Assembly (NCBI GenBank): GCA_018607365.1
Contig: JABBBT010000031.1
Coordinates: forward strand, 3,338 to 67,337
Length of the DNA stretch: 64,000 bases
DNA from: SAR86 cluster bacterium
GTDB lineage: Bacteria > Pseudomonadota > Gammaproteobacteria > Magnimaribacterales > D2472
Direction of reading: 5' to 3'
A model generated the notes under the pieces. The model did not search any database. It had not been told where the DNA came from and was given only the letters and a program-made list of their open reading frames with translations. Made by a program: the position numbers and the translations under genes. Shown one piece after another: positions 9,055 through 19,188 of this stretch (position 1 is the stretch's first letter; each line of letters starts with the position of its first letter).

Positions 9055-9541
9055 TCTTAAAAAGAAAAACTTCCATGACAGAGAAAGGTTGCCCATTTAC
9101 TGAATACTTTATTTTTCTTCCCCAAAAAATATCTTGTTGTAACTCAAATGATGCATAAGCTGATTCTTCTTTTTTAAATATTTTTTTTTCAAACAAAATA
9201 TCTCCAAGTGGCCTTGTGCCAAGCTTACCAAGCTCAGCAAGTCCTTTTTCTATTGTTAGAAGAGGGATAATGGTCCTAGCAAAAACTAATGGTATCTTAT
9301 CTCCATAAAGCAGGACTTCTCTAACCTTAAACTCTTTAGCTAAAGAATCAATAAATCTCTGATCTTGAATTTCTACCTCCCCTACATCATCTTTTAGTAG
9401 CTCAAGACTAAAATTTTTCTTTTCACTAATTCTTTTTGTAATTGGACCTAGCTCAAGCAGCCAAGATTTTACAAACTCATTTTGTACATCATTATTAATA
9501 TTGTCATATTTTTTCCAAGATGATATTTGATTGAGCTGCAT
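9044..9541 (-). CDS. ubiC: chorismate pyruvate-lyase UbiC
   Basis: 165-aa protein immediately upstream of and overlapping ubiA. UbiC-like core (VREVLL..PLVFARTIIP..LG.RPLGDILF). Confidence 0.75.
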   Translation of the reverse strand: MQLNQISSWKKYDNINNDVQNEFVKSWLLELGPITKRISEKKNFSLELLKDDVGEVEIQDQRFIDSLAKEFKVREVLLYGDKIPLVFARTIIPLLTIEKGLAELGKLGTRPLGDILFEKKIFKKEESAYASFELQQDIFWGRKIKYSVNGQPFSVMEVFLFKNEI

Positions 9542-9610
9542 AGTTATGTTTTATAAATCTGATATTATACTCGGAAGTTTTTTATTAATATTTATAACGT
9601 TTATTAAATT

Positions 9611-9781
9611 ATGGAATTAAAAAAGTGGGAATGCATCGTGTGTGGTCTAATTTACGACGAGGAACTTGGTTGGCCAGATGATGGAATTGAGCCTGGAACT
9701 AAATGGGAAGACGTACCTGATGATTGGTTATGTCCAGAATGTGGTGTTGGCAAGGAAGACTTTGATATGATAGAAATCTAA
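9611..9781 (+). CDS. rubA: rubredoxin (56 aa; absent from the supplied ORF track)
   Basis: Translates to [56 protein letters not shown], with the two CxxCG iron knuckles and a rubredoxin aromatic core. The TAA stop overlaps the next ATG (TAATG). Confidence 0.9.
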   Translation: MELKKWECIVCGLIYDEELGWPDDGIEPGTKWEDVPDDWLCPECGVGKEDFDMIEI

Positions 9782-11031
9782 TGATTGATGCACCAAAAAA
9801 TTTGACTAGGAACATCCTCCTTGGAATGCTGGTTGGTTTTGTTTTAGGTGCCATTCTTTATTATTCTAATTTCCTTCCATTAAGACTGAAGGAATTCATT
9901 GAAATTTATGTTTTTAATTTAGGTAGCTCTATTTTTGTTAATCTCCTGAAACTCCTTATCGTGCCTTTGGTTTTCTTTTCCCTTGTTTCTGGGATTTCAT
10001 CTCTTACAAATATGACGAGCCTTGGAAACATAACCTTAAAAACAGTTTCACTATACTTATCAACAACAGCCATCGCAGTTACTCTATCTTTGATCATTGG
10101 TTCTATTTTTAAACCAGGCTCAGGATACTCATCTAATATTTCTCCTCCGGATAAGCTTCCACAAGGCCAGGGTATCTATGAAACTATTTTAGATATATTT
10201 CCTTCAAATATTATTGAAGCTATGGCAAATAATCAAATGCTAGCAGTTGTATTTTTTAGTATCTTATTTGGACTAGCTCTAAATAAAACCAACCACTTAA
10301 CTAATAACTTTAGTGAGTCTTTTGAAAAGCTTAATACTGTATTTATGCAGCTTGTAATTATGATTATCTCGTTTGCTCCAATAGGTGTATTTTGTTTAAT
10401 AGGAAAGTTCGTTATTGCTGATGGGCTTGATATTTTCCAAGAAGCTTTTAAGTATGTAACTTTATTGATATTAGTTTTGTTTATACATGCTTTTGTTACC
10501 TATTCTTTAATACTGAAAATGTTTACCAATCTAAGTCTATTTACTTTCTTTAAGAAAATGAGAGAAGTTGCAATTTTTGCATTTTCAACCTCATCAAGCG
10601 CAGCAACTATTCCTGTAACTTTAAAAACAGTTCAAGACAATCTAGGTGTTAATAAGAATGTTGCATCTTTTGTAATTCCTGTCGGAGCGACAATAAATAT
10701 GGATGGAACCGCAATCATGCAAGGAATGGCAACAATATTTATTGCTCAAATGTCTGGTATTGATCTGTCACTTATCCAGTATGTTCAAGTTGTTATTTTG
10801 GCAGTTGTAACTTCAATTGGGACAGCGGCAGTACCTTCTGCCGGGACAATAACATTAGTAATAATTCTCCAACAGTTTGGTCTTCCCTTAGAAGCAATTG
10901 GGATTATATTGGCAGTAGACAGAATTCTTGATATGTTAAGAACATCTGTAAATGTAACTGGTGATGCCGCAGTTGCTTGTATCGTTGCAAATTCTGAAGG
11001 GTTGCTAGATAAAAATATTTATAATAAATAG
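9781..11031 (+). CDS. dicarboxylate/amino acid:cation symporter (DAACS/GltP family)
   Basis: 416 aa, multi-TM. Family motifs SSSAATIPV and GATINMDGTA, with VDRILDMLRTSVNVTGD near the C-terminus. Confidence 0.9.
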   Translation: MIDAPKNLTRNILLGMLVGFVLGAILYYSNFLPLRLKEFIEIYVFNLGSSIFVNLLKLLIVPLVFFSLVSGISSLTNMTSLGNITLKTVSLYLSTTAIAVTLSLIIGSIFKPGSGYSSNISPPDKLPQGQGIYETILDIFPSNIIEAMANNQMLAVVFFSILFGLALNKTNHLTNNFSESFEKLNTVFMQLVIMIISFAPIGVFCLIGKFVIADGLDIFQEAFKYVTLLILVLFIHAFVTYSLILKMFTNLSLFTFFKKMREVAIFAFSTSSSAATIPVTLKTVQDNLGVNKNVASFVIPVGATINMDGTAIMQGMATIFIAQMSGIDLSLIQYVQVVILAVVTSIGTAAVPSAGTITLVIILQQFGLPLEAIGIILAVDRILDMLRTSVNVTGDAAVACIVANSEGLLDKNIYNK

Positions 11032-11093
11032 TATTTAAATACGTCTTTTTTATAATAATTTGATAGAATGCCCTTTTTAAAAAGGGGTTCCAT

Positions 11094-13076
11094 ATGAATG
11101 TTTTATTAATTCCACCATTACTAGGTCTAGTTGGCATGGTTGCTGCACTTATAGTGTATAGACTTGTAATGAAATATCCTGATGGCCAAGACAAAGTAAA
11201 AAAAATTGGTGATCAAATACATAATGGCGCGCTAGCTTTTATGAAAACAGAGTACAAATACTTACTAGCCTTCATGAGTGTTCTAGTCGTATTAGTATAT
11301 CTAGGTCTTGGTATTCACTCTGCAATTGCAGTTATTACTGGTGCAGCAGCTTCATCTCTTGCCGGTTTCATTGGTATGTACGCAGCTACTAAAGCAAATG
11401 TAAGAACAGCAACTGCTGCTCAGCAGGATGGTGCTGCAGCTGCCTTATCAGTATCTTTTTATGGCGGTTCAGTAATGGGCCTATGTGTAGCATCTCTTGG
11501 GCTTATTGGTCTAGGTGGATTGTATTACTTTTTTAGTGATGGTCATGTTCATGCATTAGAAGGCTTTGGAATGGGTGCTTCTGTTGTTGCCTTATTCTCA
11601 AGAGTTGGCGGCGGCATATTCACAAAAAGTGCTGATGTTGGTGCCGATTTAGTTGGCAAAATTGAAGCTGGGATACCTGAAGATGATCCAAGAAACCCTG
11701 GTGTGATTGCTGATAATGTTGGTGATAACGTTGGAGACGTAGCTGGAATGGGGTCTGATATTTTTGAATCATACTGCGGATCTATGATCGCTTCTATTGC
11801 TATAGCATATACTTTAGGATCTCAAGATATGATGATGCTTCCTTTGTTATTGGCGTCTGTTGGCTTGGTAGCTTCAATACTAGGAATAATATTAGTTAAG
11901 CTTTTATCATCAATAAAGCCTGCAAATGCTCTTAGATCAGGTACTTTTTTAGCACCAATCGTGTTTATAATTTTTGCATGGTTTGTAATAAGCTCTCTTC
12001 CAGGTGTAGCAACCGCTGTTTGGTGGTGTGTTATTGCTGGTGCAGTTGGAGGAGTTTTAATTGGATTGATAACGGAATACTATACAGATTCTGAGAAGAA
12101 GCCTGTAAGAAGTATTGCGGAATCTGGAGAAACAGGTCCTGCCACAGTAATGATTTCTGGTTTAGCCGTTGGGATGGAGTCTGTTGTAATACCAATTTTA
12201 ATTCTAGCTTCAATAATTTTTGTTTCTACAGGTCTTTCGGGTGTTTATGGCGTAGGTATAGCAGCTGTTGGAATGCTATCTACTGTAGGTATTACTATGG
12301 CAATTGATGCATATGGTCCAGTTGCAGATAATGCAGGCGGAATTGCAGAAATGTCTGGAATGGGCAAAGAGGTTAGAGATATTACTGACTCATTAGATGA
12401 GCTTGGTAACACAACTGCAGCGATTGGAAAAGGTTTTGCTATTGGAGCTGCCGCTTTAGCTGCTCTTGCAATTATTTCTGCTTTCTCTGCTGTTGTATCT
12501 TTAAACAACCCTGAGTTCTCTTTAGCATTAACAAAACCGATCGTTCTTGTTGGAATGTTTATTGGTGGATGTATTCCATTTGCTATCGCATCTATAACTA
12601 TGAAGGCTGTGGGTGACGCTGCTTTTGAAATGATTAATGAAATTAGAAGACAGTTCAAAGAAATCGATGGCTTGATGGAAGGAACAGCCGACCCAGATTC
12701 TGAAAGATGTGTTGAAATAGCAACTCAAGCGTCATTGAAAAAAATGATGGTACCGGGTGTTATTGCAGTTGGCATGCCTGCTGTAGTTGGATTTGTTCTT
12801 GGAGCAGAAGCTTTAGGCGGAATGCTTGCTGGTGGATTGCTAGGTTGTGTTTCTTTAGCACTAATGATGGCTAATGCTGGTGGAGCATGGGATAACGCTA
12901 AAAAGTATGTTGAAAAGGGAAATCTTGGTGGCAAAGGATCTGATACTCATTCAGCTGTTGTTGTTGGTGATACTGTTGGAGATCCATTCAAGGATACCTC
13001 AGGACCAGCAATGAATATTTTGATTAATGTTATGGCTATTGTTAGTTTGGTTATAGCGCCTCTTCTAAGTATATAA
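11094..13076 (+). CDS. hppA: membrane-integral ion-translocating pyrophosphatase (K+-dependent type)
   Basis: 660 aa, about 16 TM. Signature [35 protein letters not shown] and [11 protein letters not shown]. Confidence 0.95.
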   Translation: MNVLLIPPLLGLVGMVAALIVYRLVMKYPDGQDKVKKIGDQIHNGALAFMKTEYKYLLAFMSVLVVLVYLGLGIHSAIAVITGAAASSLAGFIGMYAATKANVRTATAAQQDGAAAALSVSFYGGSVMGLCVASLGLIGLGGLYYFFSDGHVHALEGFGMGASVVALFSRVGGGIFTKSADVGADLVGKIEAGIPEDDPRNPGVIADNVGDNVGDVAGMGSDIFESYCGSMIASIAIAYTLGSQDMMMLPLLLASVGLVASILGIILVKLLSSIKPANALRSGTFLAPIVFIIFAWFVISSLPGVATAVWWCVIAGAVGGVLIGLITEYYTDSEKKPVRSIAESGETGPATVMISGLAVGMESVVIPILILASIIFVSTGLSGVYGVGIAAVGMLSTVGITMAIDAYGPVADNAGGIAEMSGMGKEVRDITDSLDELGNTTAAIGKGFAIGAAALAALAIISAFSAVVSLNNPEFSLALTKPIVLVGMFIGGCIPFAIASITMKAVGDAAFEMINEIRRQFKEIDGLMEGTADPDSERCVEIATQASLKKMMVPGVIAVGMPAVVGFVLGAEALGGMLAGGLLGCVSLALMMANAGGAWDNAKKYVEKGNLGGKGSDTHSAVVVGDTVGDPFKDTSGPAMNILINVMAIVSLVIAPLLSI

Positions 13077-13094
13077 AAGTACTTTCAAATTCTT

Positions 13095-13122
13095 ATGATC
13101 CAGAGTTAATCCTCTGGATCAT
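13095..13122 (+). terminator. stem-loop downstream of hppA
   Basis: Perfect 11-bp inverted repeat ATGATCCAGAG / CTCTGGATCAT with a 6-nt loop, 19 nt after the hppA stop. The following T-run is weak. Confidence 0.55.
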
Positions 13123-13137
13123 ATGTTAAATTAAATC

Positions 13138-13809
13138 GTGAAAAAAAATATCCTAATAATAGGCTATGGAGATATTGGCCATAGATTAAGTGCCCGTATC
13201 AACAAACAGTACAATTTATATGCTCTGAGCAGATCTCTGGTCGTGGAAGAGAGCATTACACATTATTCTTGGGACTGGCTTTCTGGAGAAGCTATGCCAG
13301 TTCAAGATCTATCTTTTGAAGCTATCATATTTATACCAAAGCCAAGTGAAATGTCTGAAAAAGGCTATCTTGATGGGTTTATAACCGCACTAAAAAATAT
13401 TCAAAAATCACTTCCACTATTAGAGTTTAAAAAATTCATTTCTATTTCTTCAACCAGGGTGTTTGGATCTAACCAAAAGGGTAAATTAACAGAAAATGAC
13501 CTTGCAATTCCCAATGACTTTAGAGGCAATATCATAAAAGAATACGAATCAATGCTCATAGATTATTTCAAAGATAATTTAATTATTCTTAGATTTTCAG
13601 GACTATATGATACAAGTTCAGACAAATTACCTTTTAATAGACTGCACAGAAACAATGCAGCAAAAATAATAGATTTTTTTATAAGCAAGCCCAAGAGCGG
13701 CTCAAATACTAATATTATTCATTGCTCTGAAGATAAAGAAGTAGAAGGGTCTAGTAAGTGCATATCAAATATCAAATTGAAAAAATTGGGCTTTACTTTT
13801 GATGATTAA
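13138..13809 (+). CDS. NAD(P)-binding Rossmann-fold protein (atypical SDR/epimerase-like)
   Basis: GTG start. N-terminal ILIIGYGDIGHRL dinucleotide-binding motif. No further recognisable catalytic motif. Confidence 0.5.
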   Translation: MKKNILIIGYGDIGHRLSARINKQYNLYALSRSLVVEESITHYSWDWLSGEAMPVQDLSFEAIIFIPKPSEMSEKGYLDGFITALKNIQKSLPLLEFKKFISISSTRVFGSNQKGKLTENDLAIPNDFRGNIIKEYESMLIDYFKDNLIILRFSGLYDTSSDKLPFNRLHRNNAAKIIDFFISKPKSGSNTNIIHCSEDKEVEGSSKCISNIKLKKLGFTFDD

Positions 13810-13847
13810 TCCTAGAACTATAACCCCAAGAGAAATACAATAACACA

Positions 13848-14699
13848 ATGACTAAAAGCATGACAGGCTTCGGCTCTTCGAGATATCTAGATTCAAAAAT
13901 CGAAATTTATTGTGAGATTAAGACTGTAAACCACAGGTTTCTTGAAATTTCTACAAAACCAAATGACCTTCCTAGTGAACTAGATGTTCATGTAAGAGAT
14001 ATCACATCAAAAAAAATAAGACGTGGAAGTGTTGATATTAGATTCAAGCTAAAGTTCCCTTCAGAAAATAAGTTTCTAGTTAACAATTCATCATTAGATA
14101 ATTTAATAAAAACAATAAAAAATATTAAGCATATCAAATCAGAGGATTTAAGCTTTTCTGATGTGAAGGACATGCCTGGAATAATAAATGTTGAGCAAGT
14201 CACAAATATTAAATTAAATTTAGTCAAAAAAGTTTTTAAAGAATCTTTAAAAAACCTTCTAGATGATAGAGCGTTAGAAGGAGCTAAAATTGAAAAATTA
14301 TTTCTTCAAAAAATTAATAAAATAGAGAAGAATGCTTTAAGCCTATCAGGCTCTAATAAAAAGCTAACAAAAAAGAGATATGATAATTTAAATAGCAAGA
14401 TTTCAAATCTATCATTAACTCTCGACATGAGCCGCCTAGAACAGGAGGTTGCTCTACTCGTATTAAAGCATGACGTTGCAGAAGAGATAGAAAGAATAAT
14501 CTTTCATACCAATTCTTTAAAACAAGAGTTAGGATCAAAAGTAACGAGTGGAAAAAAAATTGATTTTGTCCTTCAGGAGTTATTTAGGGAAACTAGTACC
14601 CTATCTGTAAAACTTGATGAGCCTTTATATAAACAGATAGCATTAGAGATGAAGCTCTCAATTGAAGAGATGCGTGAGCAGGCACAAAACATTGAATAA
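13848..14699 (+). CDS. yicC: YicC-family stress-induced protein / endoribonuclease
   Basis: MTKSMTGFG N-terminus and C-terminal DUF1732-like LQELFRETSTLSVK segment. Sits upstream of gmk as in many gammaproteobacteria. Confidence 0.85.
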   Translation: MTKSMTGFGSSRYLDSKIEIYCEIKTVNHRFLEISTKPNDLPSELDVHVRDITSKKIRRGSVDIRFKLKFPSENKFLVNNSSLDNLIKTIKNIKHIKSEDLSFSDVKDMPGIINVEQVTNIKLNLVKKVFKESLKNLLDDRALEGAKIEKLFLQKINKIEKNALSLSGSNKKLTKKRYDNLNSKISNLSLTLDMSRLEQEVALLVLKHDVAEEIERIIFHTNSLKQELGSKVTSGKKIDFVLQELFRETSTLSVKLDEPLYKQIALEMKLSIEEMREQAQNIE

Positions 14700-15309
14700 T
14701 AAAAAAGGAAAATTAATAGTAATTTCTGCACCATCTGGTGCTGGAAAATCGTCACTTATAAAGGCTATTATTAATAATAACAACAATATTGAGCTCTCCA
14801 TTTCTGCGACAACAAGAAAACCAAGAGAGGGTGAAAGTAATGCTAAAGATTATTTCTTTATTTCTGATGAAAAATTCAATACTTTAAAATCAAAAGATGA
14901 CTTTGTTGAGTGTGCATTGGTTCATAACTACCAATACGGAACTCTAAGGTCATATATAAATGAAAGAATTGATAAAGGCATTAATATTATTCTTGATATC
15001 GATGTTCAAGGGTTTGAGCAGATACAAGAAGCAAGTATTGATAATACATCCATATTTATTATCCCTCCGAGTATAGAAGAGCTTAAAAATAGACTAAATA
15101 TAAGAGGACTAGATTCTCAGGATGTTATAGAAACCAGACTTGAAAATGCAAGACATGAATTGAAATATGCAAATAATTTTGATTTTAGAGTCCTTAACGA
15201 TGAGTTCGATGATGCACTTAAAAGTCTTGTATCTATTATCTTTGATGATAGTTCCAAAGATATTGATACAGAAAAAAGTACAAAGATCTTGCAAGAATTA
15301 CTGTCTTAA
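14662..15309 (+). CDS. gmk: guanylate kinase
   Basis: P-loop SAPSGAGKSSL, TTRKPREGE and the YQYGT motif. The true start may be the TTG at 14692 rather than the ATG at 14662, which overlaps yicC by 38 nt. Confidence 0.9.
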   Translation: MKRCVSRHKTLNNKKGKLIVISAPSGAGKSSLIKAIINNNNNIELSISATTRKPREGESNAKDYFFISDEKFNTLKSKDDFVECALVHNYQYGTLRSYINERIDKGINIILDIDVQGFEQIQEASIDNTSIFIIPPSIEELKNRLNIRGLDSQDVIETRLENARHELKYANNFDFRVLNDEFDDALKSLVSIIFDDSSKDIDTEKSTKILQELLS

Positions 15310-15351
15310 TAAGTAAATAACAATTAGAATAGCTGACCCAGGAGAAATTAT

Positions 15352-15621
15352 ATGGCTAGAATTACAGTAGAGGATTGTTTACAAATAATACCAAGTAGGT
15401 TTGATCTAATAATCATGGCCTCAAAAAGAGCTCGTCAGCTTGCTACCACAAGTAGAGACCCTCTTGTTGAATGGGATAATGATAAGCCAACTCTTGTAGC
15501 ATTAAGAGAAATCGAAGCTGGTCTTTTAGATAAAGAAACTTTAGATAGAACTTTAGAGGAAGACGTATTGCTTGATGAATTTTCAACACCAGGAAATGAA
15601 GAAACACAAACTACTGGCTAA
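15352..15621 (+). CDS. rpoZ: DNA-directed RNA polymerase subunit omega
   Basis: [10 protein letters not shown]...[16 protein letters not shown] is the canonical RpoZ N-terminus. gmk-rpoZ-spoT order. Confidence 0.93.
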   Translation: MARITVEDCLQIIPSRFDLIIMASKRARQLATTSRDPLVEWDNDKPTLVALREIEAGLLDKETLDRTLEEDVLLDEFSTPGNEETQTTG

Positions 15622-15639
15622 ATAATTTGGAGGGCTAAT

Positions 15640-17829
15640 TTGACTGAAGCAGCTCTACCCAATAACGCGTTAATAAATTTTACAGATACAGAGGTTATAA
15701 AACTTCCTGTATCTATTTATAAAGAAGCTAAATCTTATTTGTCTTACAAGGACATTAAAAAAATTCAAAAAGCCTATACATTTGCTTTTTATGCTCACCA
15801 GGGCCAAAAAAGAAAAGATGGCTCAGACTATATAACTCACCCAGTTGCAGTAACTCAAATTATGCTAGGGCTTAAAGTTGGCCCAGATTCAATATGTGCT
15901 GCTCTGATGCATGATGTACTTGAGGATTGTAACGTTCAAAAAAATAATCTATCTAAGTATTTTGGTGAAGATGTTGCCAATATTATTGATGGTGTGAGCA
16001 AGCTAGGCAAACTTGATATGCAGAACAAGGCCGAGACTAACGCTAATAACTTACAAAAAATGGCTTTAGCAATGGCTAATGATGTAAGAGTCATACTTGT
16101 TAAGCTTTGTGATCGGCTTCATAACATGAGAACGATTGAGCATATGCCAAGATTTAAACAGATTCAAAAATCGAAAGAGACGTTAGAGGTTTATGGCCCT
16201 TTAGCATTAAGAATTGGCATGCAAGATCTCAGAGCAGAACTTGAAGACTTGTCTTTCAAATGCATGCATCCGATGAGAGCTCAGATGTTAGAAAATGCCA
16301 TAGATAGTTCAAGCGGAGGCAGGAAAAAGATCGTAGAAAAAATTAGAAAAGAGCTAAAAAGCCATTTAAAGACAAATAGTATAGAAAATGCCGCGGTAAA
16401 GGGCAGAGAAAAAAATATTTATAGTATCTATAATAAAATTAAGAAAAAGCATAAACCATTTTCTGAAATTTTGGATGTTTATGGGTTCCGTATACTAGTC
16501 GATAACGTGGATGATTGTTATAGGGCTCTTGGAATAATTCACAATTATTTCGCACCTATTGAAAATAAGTTTAAAGACTATATAGCTATACCTAAAACTA
16601 ATGGTTATCAGGCTCTTCATACAAGTTTGTTAGCTTTAAATGCCTTTCCAATTGAGGTACAAATACAAACAAGGAGTATGTGGGCAACTGCCAACATGGG
16701 TATTGCTGCTCATTGGAGCTATAAGGTAAATGATGGCAAAAGAGGTCCAGAGTTGCGAGCGAGTAAATGGCTATCAGGCTTAATAGATCTTCAAAAAAAA
16801 TCAACAAGCTCAATTGAGTTTGCAGAATCAATCAAAAAAGACTTGGAACCAAATGAGGTCTATTTATTTTCACCAAAGGGTCATGTGTATTCCATTAAAA
16901 CTGGTGCAACTCCTATTGATTTTGCTTATGAGGTTCATACAGGGCTTGGAAATAGTATTGTAGGATGTAAGGTCAACAGAAGAGAGGCACCTCTTAATGT
17001 TGAGCTTGAGAGTGGCCAAACGGTGGAAATAATAACATCTGACTATCCAGTAGATGCAGACCCTGCATGGTTAAACTTTGTTGTAACTAGCAAAGCAAGA
17101 AGCGGAATTAGATCTAGGCTAAGAAATCAAAAAAATTCTTCTGCTAGGAAAGCAGGAAAGTTAATGCTTGAATCAGAGTTAAAAAGATCAGGAAAATCAC
17201 TTGAGGATTATAGGGGGAGCACTTTGAAAAGAGTTCTCAATTCAATAGGAGTCACTACTCTAAATAAACTACTAATCGACCTAGGATCAGGAAAGAGAAC
17301 TGGAAATATTGTTGCTGAAAGGTTTTATTCAGGGCTGCAGATTAGAAAAGAAAAAGAATTAATAGAAAATAGGACCGTTCCTATTATCGACAATCATATT
17401 GAAGGTGTTTCAGTAGTATTTGCTAAATGCTGTCATCCCATCCAAGGCGATCCAGTCATTGCACACTCAGATACAGAAAGAGGTATTGTGGTTCATCATC
17501 AAAGATGTAAACAAGTATCCCCATATATCAATAAAGATCCAAGGTACTTCTCTGCTTATTGGGAGGCCTCTAAAAAATCTCATTTATACCTAGTAATGCT
17601 TAAAATTACTACTGAAAATAAAATAGGTGTTTTATCAGATATTGTGTCTATATTTGCAAAGGCAGGAATTAATATCGAGCAAGTAAATACCAAGGCAGTC
17701 GATCAAAAATTTTCTGAGTTCACATTGGAAGTAAATATTGAAAGCCTTGATGAGCTCAAAAGAATTATGTCCAAGGTAAGATCAAAAAAATTCACAGCTA
17801 GCTGTTCAAGAATCATTAATGATAAATAA
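15640..17829 (+). CDS. spoT: bifunctional (p)ppGpp synthetase/hydrolase SpoT
   Basis: TTG start. HD hydrolase domain (HPVAV..HDVLED), RelA/SpoT synthetase core, TGS and C-terminal ACT-like domain. Position after rpoZ. Confidence 0.9.
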   Translation: MTEAALPNNALINFTDTEVIKLPVSIYKEAKSYLSYKDIKKIQKAYTFAFYAHQGQKRKDGSDYITHPVAVTQIMLGLKVGPDSICAALMHDVLEDCNVQKNNLSKYFGEDVANIIDGVSKLGKLDMQNKAETNANNLQKMALAMANDVRVILVKLCDRLHNMRTIEHMPRFKQIQKSKETLEVYGPLALRIGMQDLRAELEDLSFKCMHPMRAQMLENAIDSSSGGRKKIVEKIRKELKSHLKTNSIENAAVKGREKNIYSIYNKIKKKHKPFSEILDVYGFRILVDNVDDCYRALGIIHNYFAPIENKFKDYIAIPKTNGYQALHTSLLALNAFPIEVQIQTRSMWATANMGIAAHWSYKVNDGKRGPELRASKWLSGLIDLQKKSTSSIEFAESIKKDLEPNEVYLFSPKGHVYSIKTGATPIDFAYEVHTGLGNSIVGCKVNRREAPLNVELESGQTVEIITSDYPVDADPAWLNFVVTSKARSGIRSRLRNQKNSSARKAGKLMLESELKRSGKSLEDYRGSTLKRVLNSIGVTTLNKLLIDLGSGKRTGNIVAERFYSGLQIRKEKELIENRTVPIIDNHIEGVSVVFAKCCHPIQGDPVIAHSDTERGIVVHHQRCKQVSPYINKDPRYFSAYWEASKKSHLYLVMLKITTENKIGVLSDIVSIFAKAGINIEQVNTKAVDQKFSEFTLEVNIESLDELKRIMSKVRSKKFTASCSRIINDK

Positions 17830-17903
17830 TAGAACGAAACCATTTTTTATTATGTACAATTTACTTTTCAACAACATCAAACAACTTAAAAGAGAACGAT
17901 ATT

Positions 17904-18290
17904 ATGGCTAAAGAAATAATTTTTACTGAAGATGCTCCAAAAGCTATTGGTCCATACTCTCAAGCTGTTAAATCAGGTAGTTTTTTATTTATTTCGGGTC
18001 AGGTAGCCTTGTGTCCTGTCTCTGGCGATCTAATGAACTCCTCAATAGAAGAGCAGGCCGAACAAGTAATTAAAAATCTAACCGCAATATGTAAAGCTGC
18101 AAATGCTGGTCTGTCCGATATTGTTAAATTAACTATCTACATTACAGATATGAATGATTTTTCTATTGTGAACCAAGCTATGGAGAATCACTTTGAAGCT
18201 CCTTATCCAGCAAGGGCAACTATAGAAGTTTCAGCACTTCCTTTAGGAGTAAATGTAGAAATGGATGCAATAGTAAATCTAGATGAATAA
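17904..18290 (+). CDS. ridA: RidA/YjgF-family reactive enamine/imine deaminase
   Basis: 128 aa. APKAIGPYSQA.., GQVAL and the PARATIEVSALP motif. Confidence 0.9.
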   Translation: MAKEIIFTEDAPKAIGPYSQAVKSGSFLFISGQVALCPVSGDLMNSSIEEQAEQVIKNLTAICKAANAGLSDIVKLTIYITDMNDFSIVNQAMENHFEAPYPARATIEVSALPLGVNVEMDAIVNLDE

Positions 18291-19188
18291 AAGTTTACTA
18301 TCTATCAATGATTTATCTAAACAAGAAATACTTGATCTTATAGAATTTGCCAGAAACTTTAAAAATGATGATGGTTCTTTTAAGAAAGAAACTCTTTTTC
18401 CAGACAAAACAGTTGCAAATGTTTTCTGCGAACCGAGCACAAGGACCAAATCGTCATTTGAAATTGCTGCAAAAAATCTAGGATGCAGTGTGGTTGGCTT
18501 CGATGCCTCAAGCTCTTCAATAGAGAAAGGGGAATCAATATATGAAACCGTTGATGCGCTGGGCTTAATGGGAGTTGATCTTTGCGTCCTCAGACATCCT
18601 GATTCAGTTATTCGTGAATTAGATGAATATATGCCCGAAATGGTTTTTATCAATGGTGGAGAGGGATCGATATCCCATCCCACTCAAGCCTTAATTGATT
18701 TGATGACTATTATTGATAGTAAAGGCTCTATAGATGATTTAAATATCGTTATTGTTGGTGATCTTGATCACTCACGCGTTACATCGTCTTTCGTAGAAGG
18801 TATCTCTAATTTTTCTTTTAACTCATTAACATTTTGTGGTCATCCAAGCATGAGTTCAAAATATTTAGATCCTGCCCTAGGAAGATATGAACCAGACCTT
18901 GATTTAGCTGTTCAAGATGCAGATGTGATTATTACATTAAGAATTCAACATGAAAGATTTGAAGAAGAGCTAAATCTTGATCTTGATGATTACAAGCATG
19001 CATATGAATTAACATCAGAAAGAGTGCAGCAGGCAAGAGGTGATGTGATAGTCATGCACCCAGGCCCGGTTAATTATATTGAAATATCTGAAAGCGTTTA
19101 TCAGTCGGATAATTCGGTAATAAGAAATCAGGTTGCAAACGGTGTTGCTATAAGAATGGCTGTATTAGCTAGATATCTGAGTAGCTAG
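18283..19188 (+). CDS. pyrB: aspartate carbamoyltransferase catalytic subunit
   Basis: STRTKSSFE carbamoyl-phosphate motif, HPTQAL and HPGP motifs, 301 aa. 8-nt overlap with ridA. Confidence 0.92.
   Translation: MNKSLLSINDLSKQEILDLIEFARNFKNDDGSFKKETLFPDKTVANVFCEPSTRTKSSFEIAAKNLGCSVVGFDASSSSIEKGESIYETVDALGLMGVDLCVLRHPDSVIRELDEYMPEMVFINGGEGSISHPTQALIDLMTIIDSKGSIDDLNIVIVGDLDHSRVTSSFVEGISNFSFNSLTFCGHPSMSSKYLDPALGRYEPDLDLAVQDADVIITLRIQHERFEEELNLDLDDYKHAYELTSERVQQARGDVIVMHPGPVNYIEISESVYQSDNSVIRNQVANGVAIRMAVLARYLSS

Noticed and set aside
12031-12934. Four minus-strand ORFs (60-137 aa) inside hppA
   Set aside because: They are antisense shadows of an Ala/Gly/Ile-rich membrane protein gene. They give low-complexity translations with no motifs, and the plus-strand PPase call is unambiguous.
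18279-18683. 134-aa minus-strand ORF overlapping ridA/pyrB
   Set aside because: It lies entirely antisense to the well-supported pyrB, has no recognisable motifs and has an atypical Ser/Ile-rich composition.
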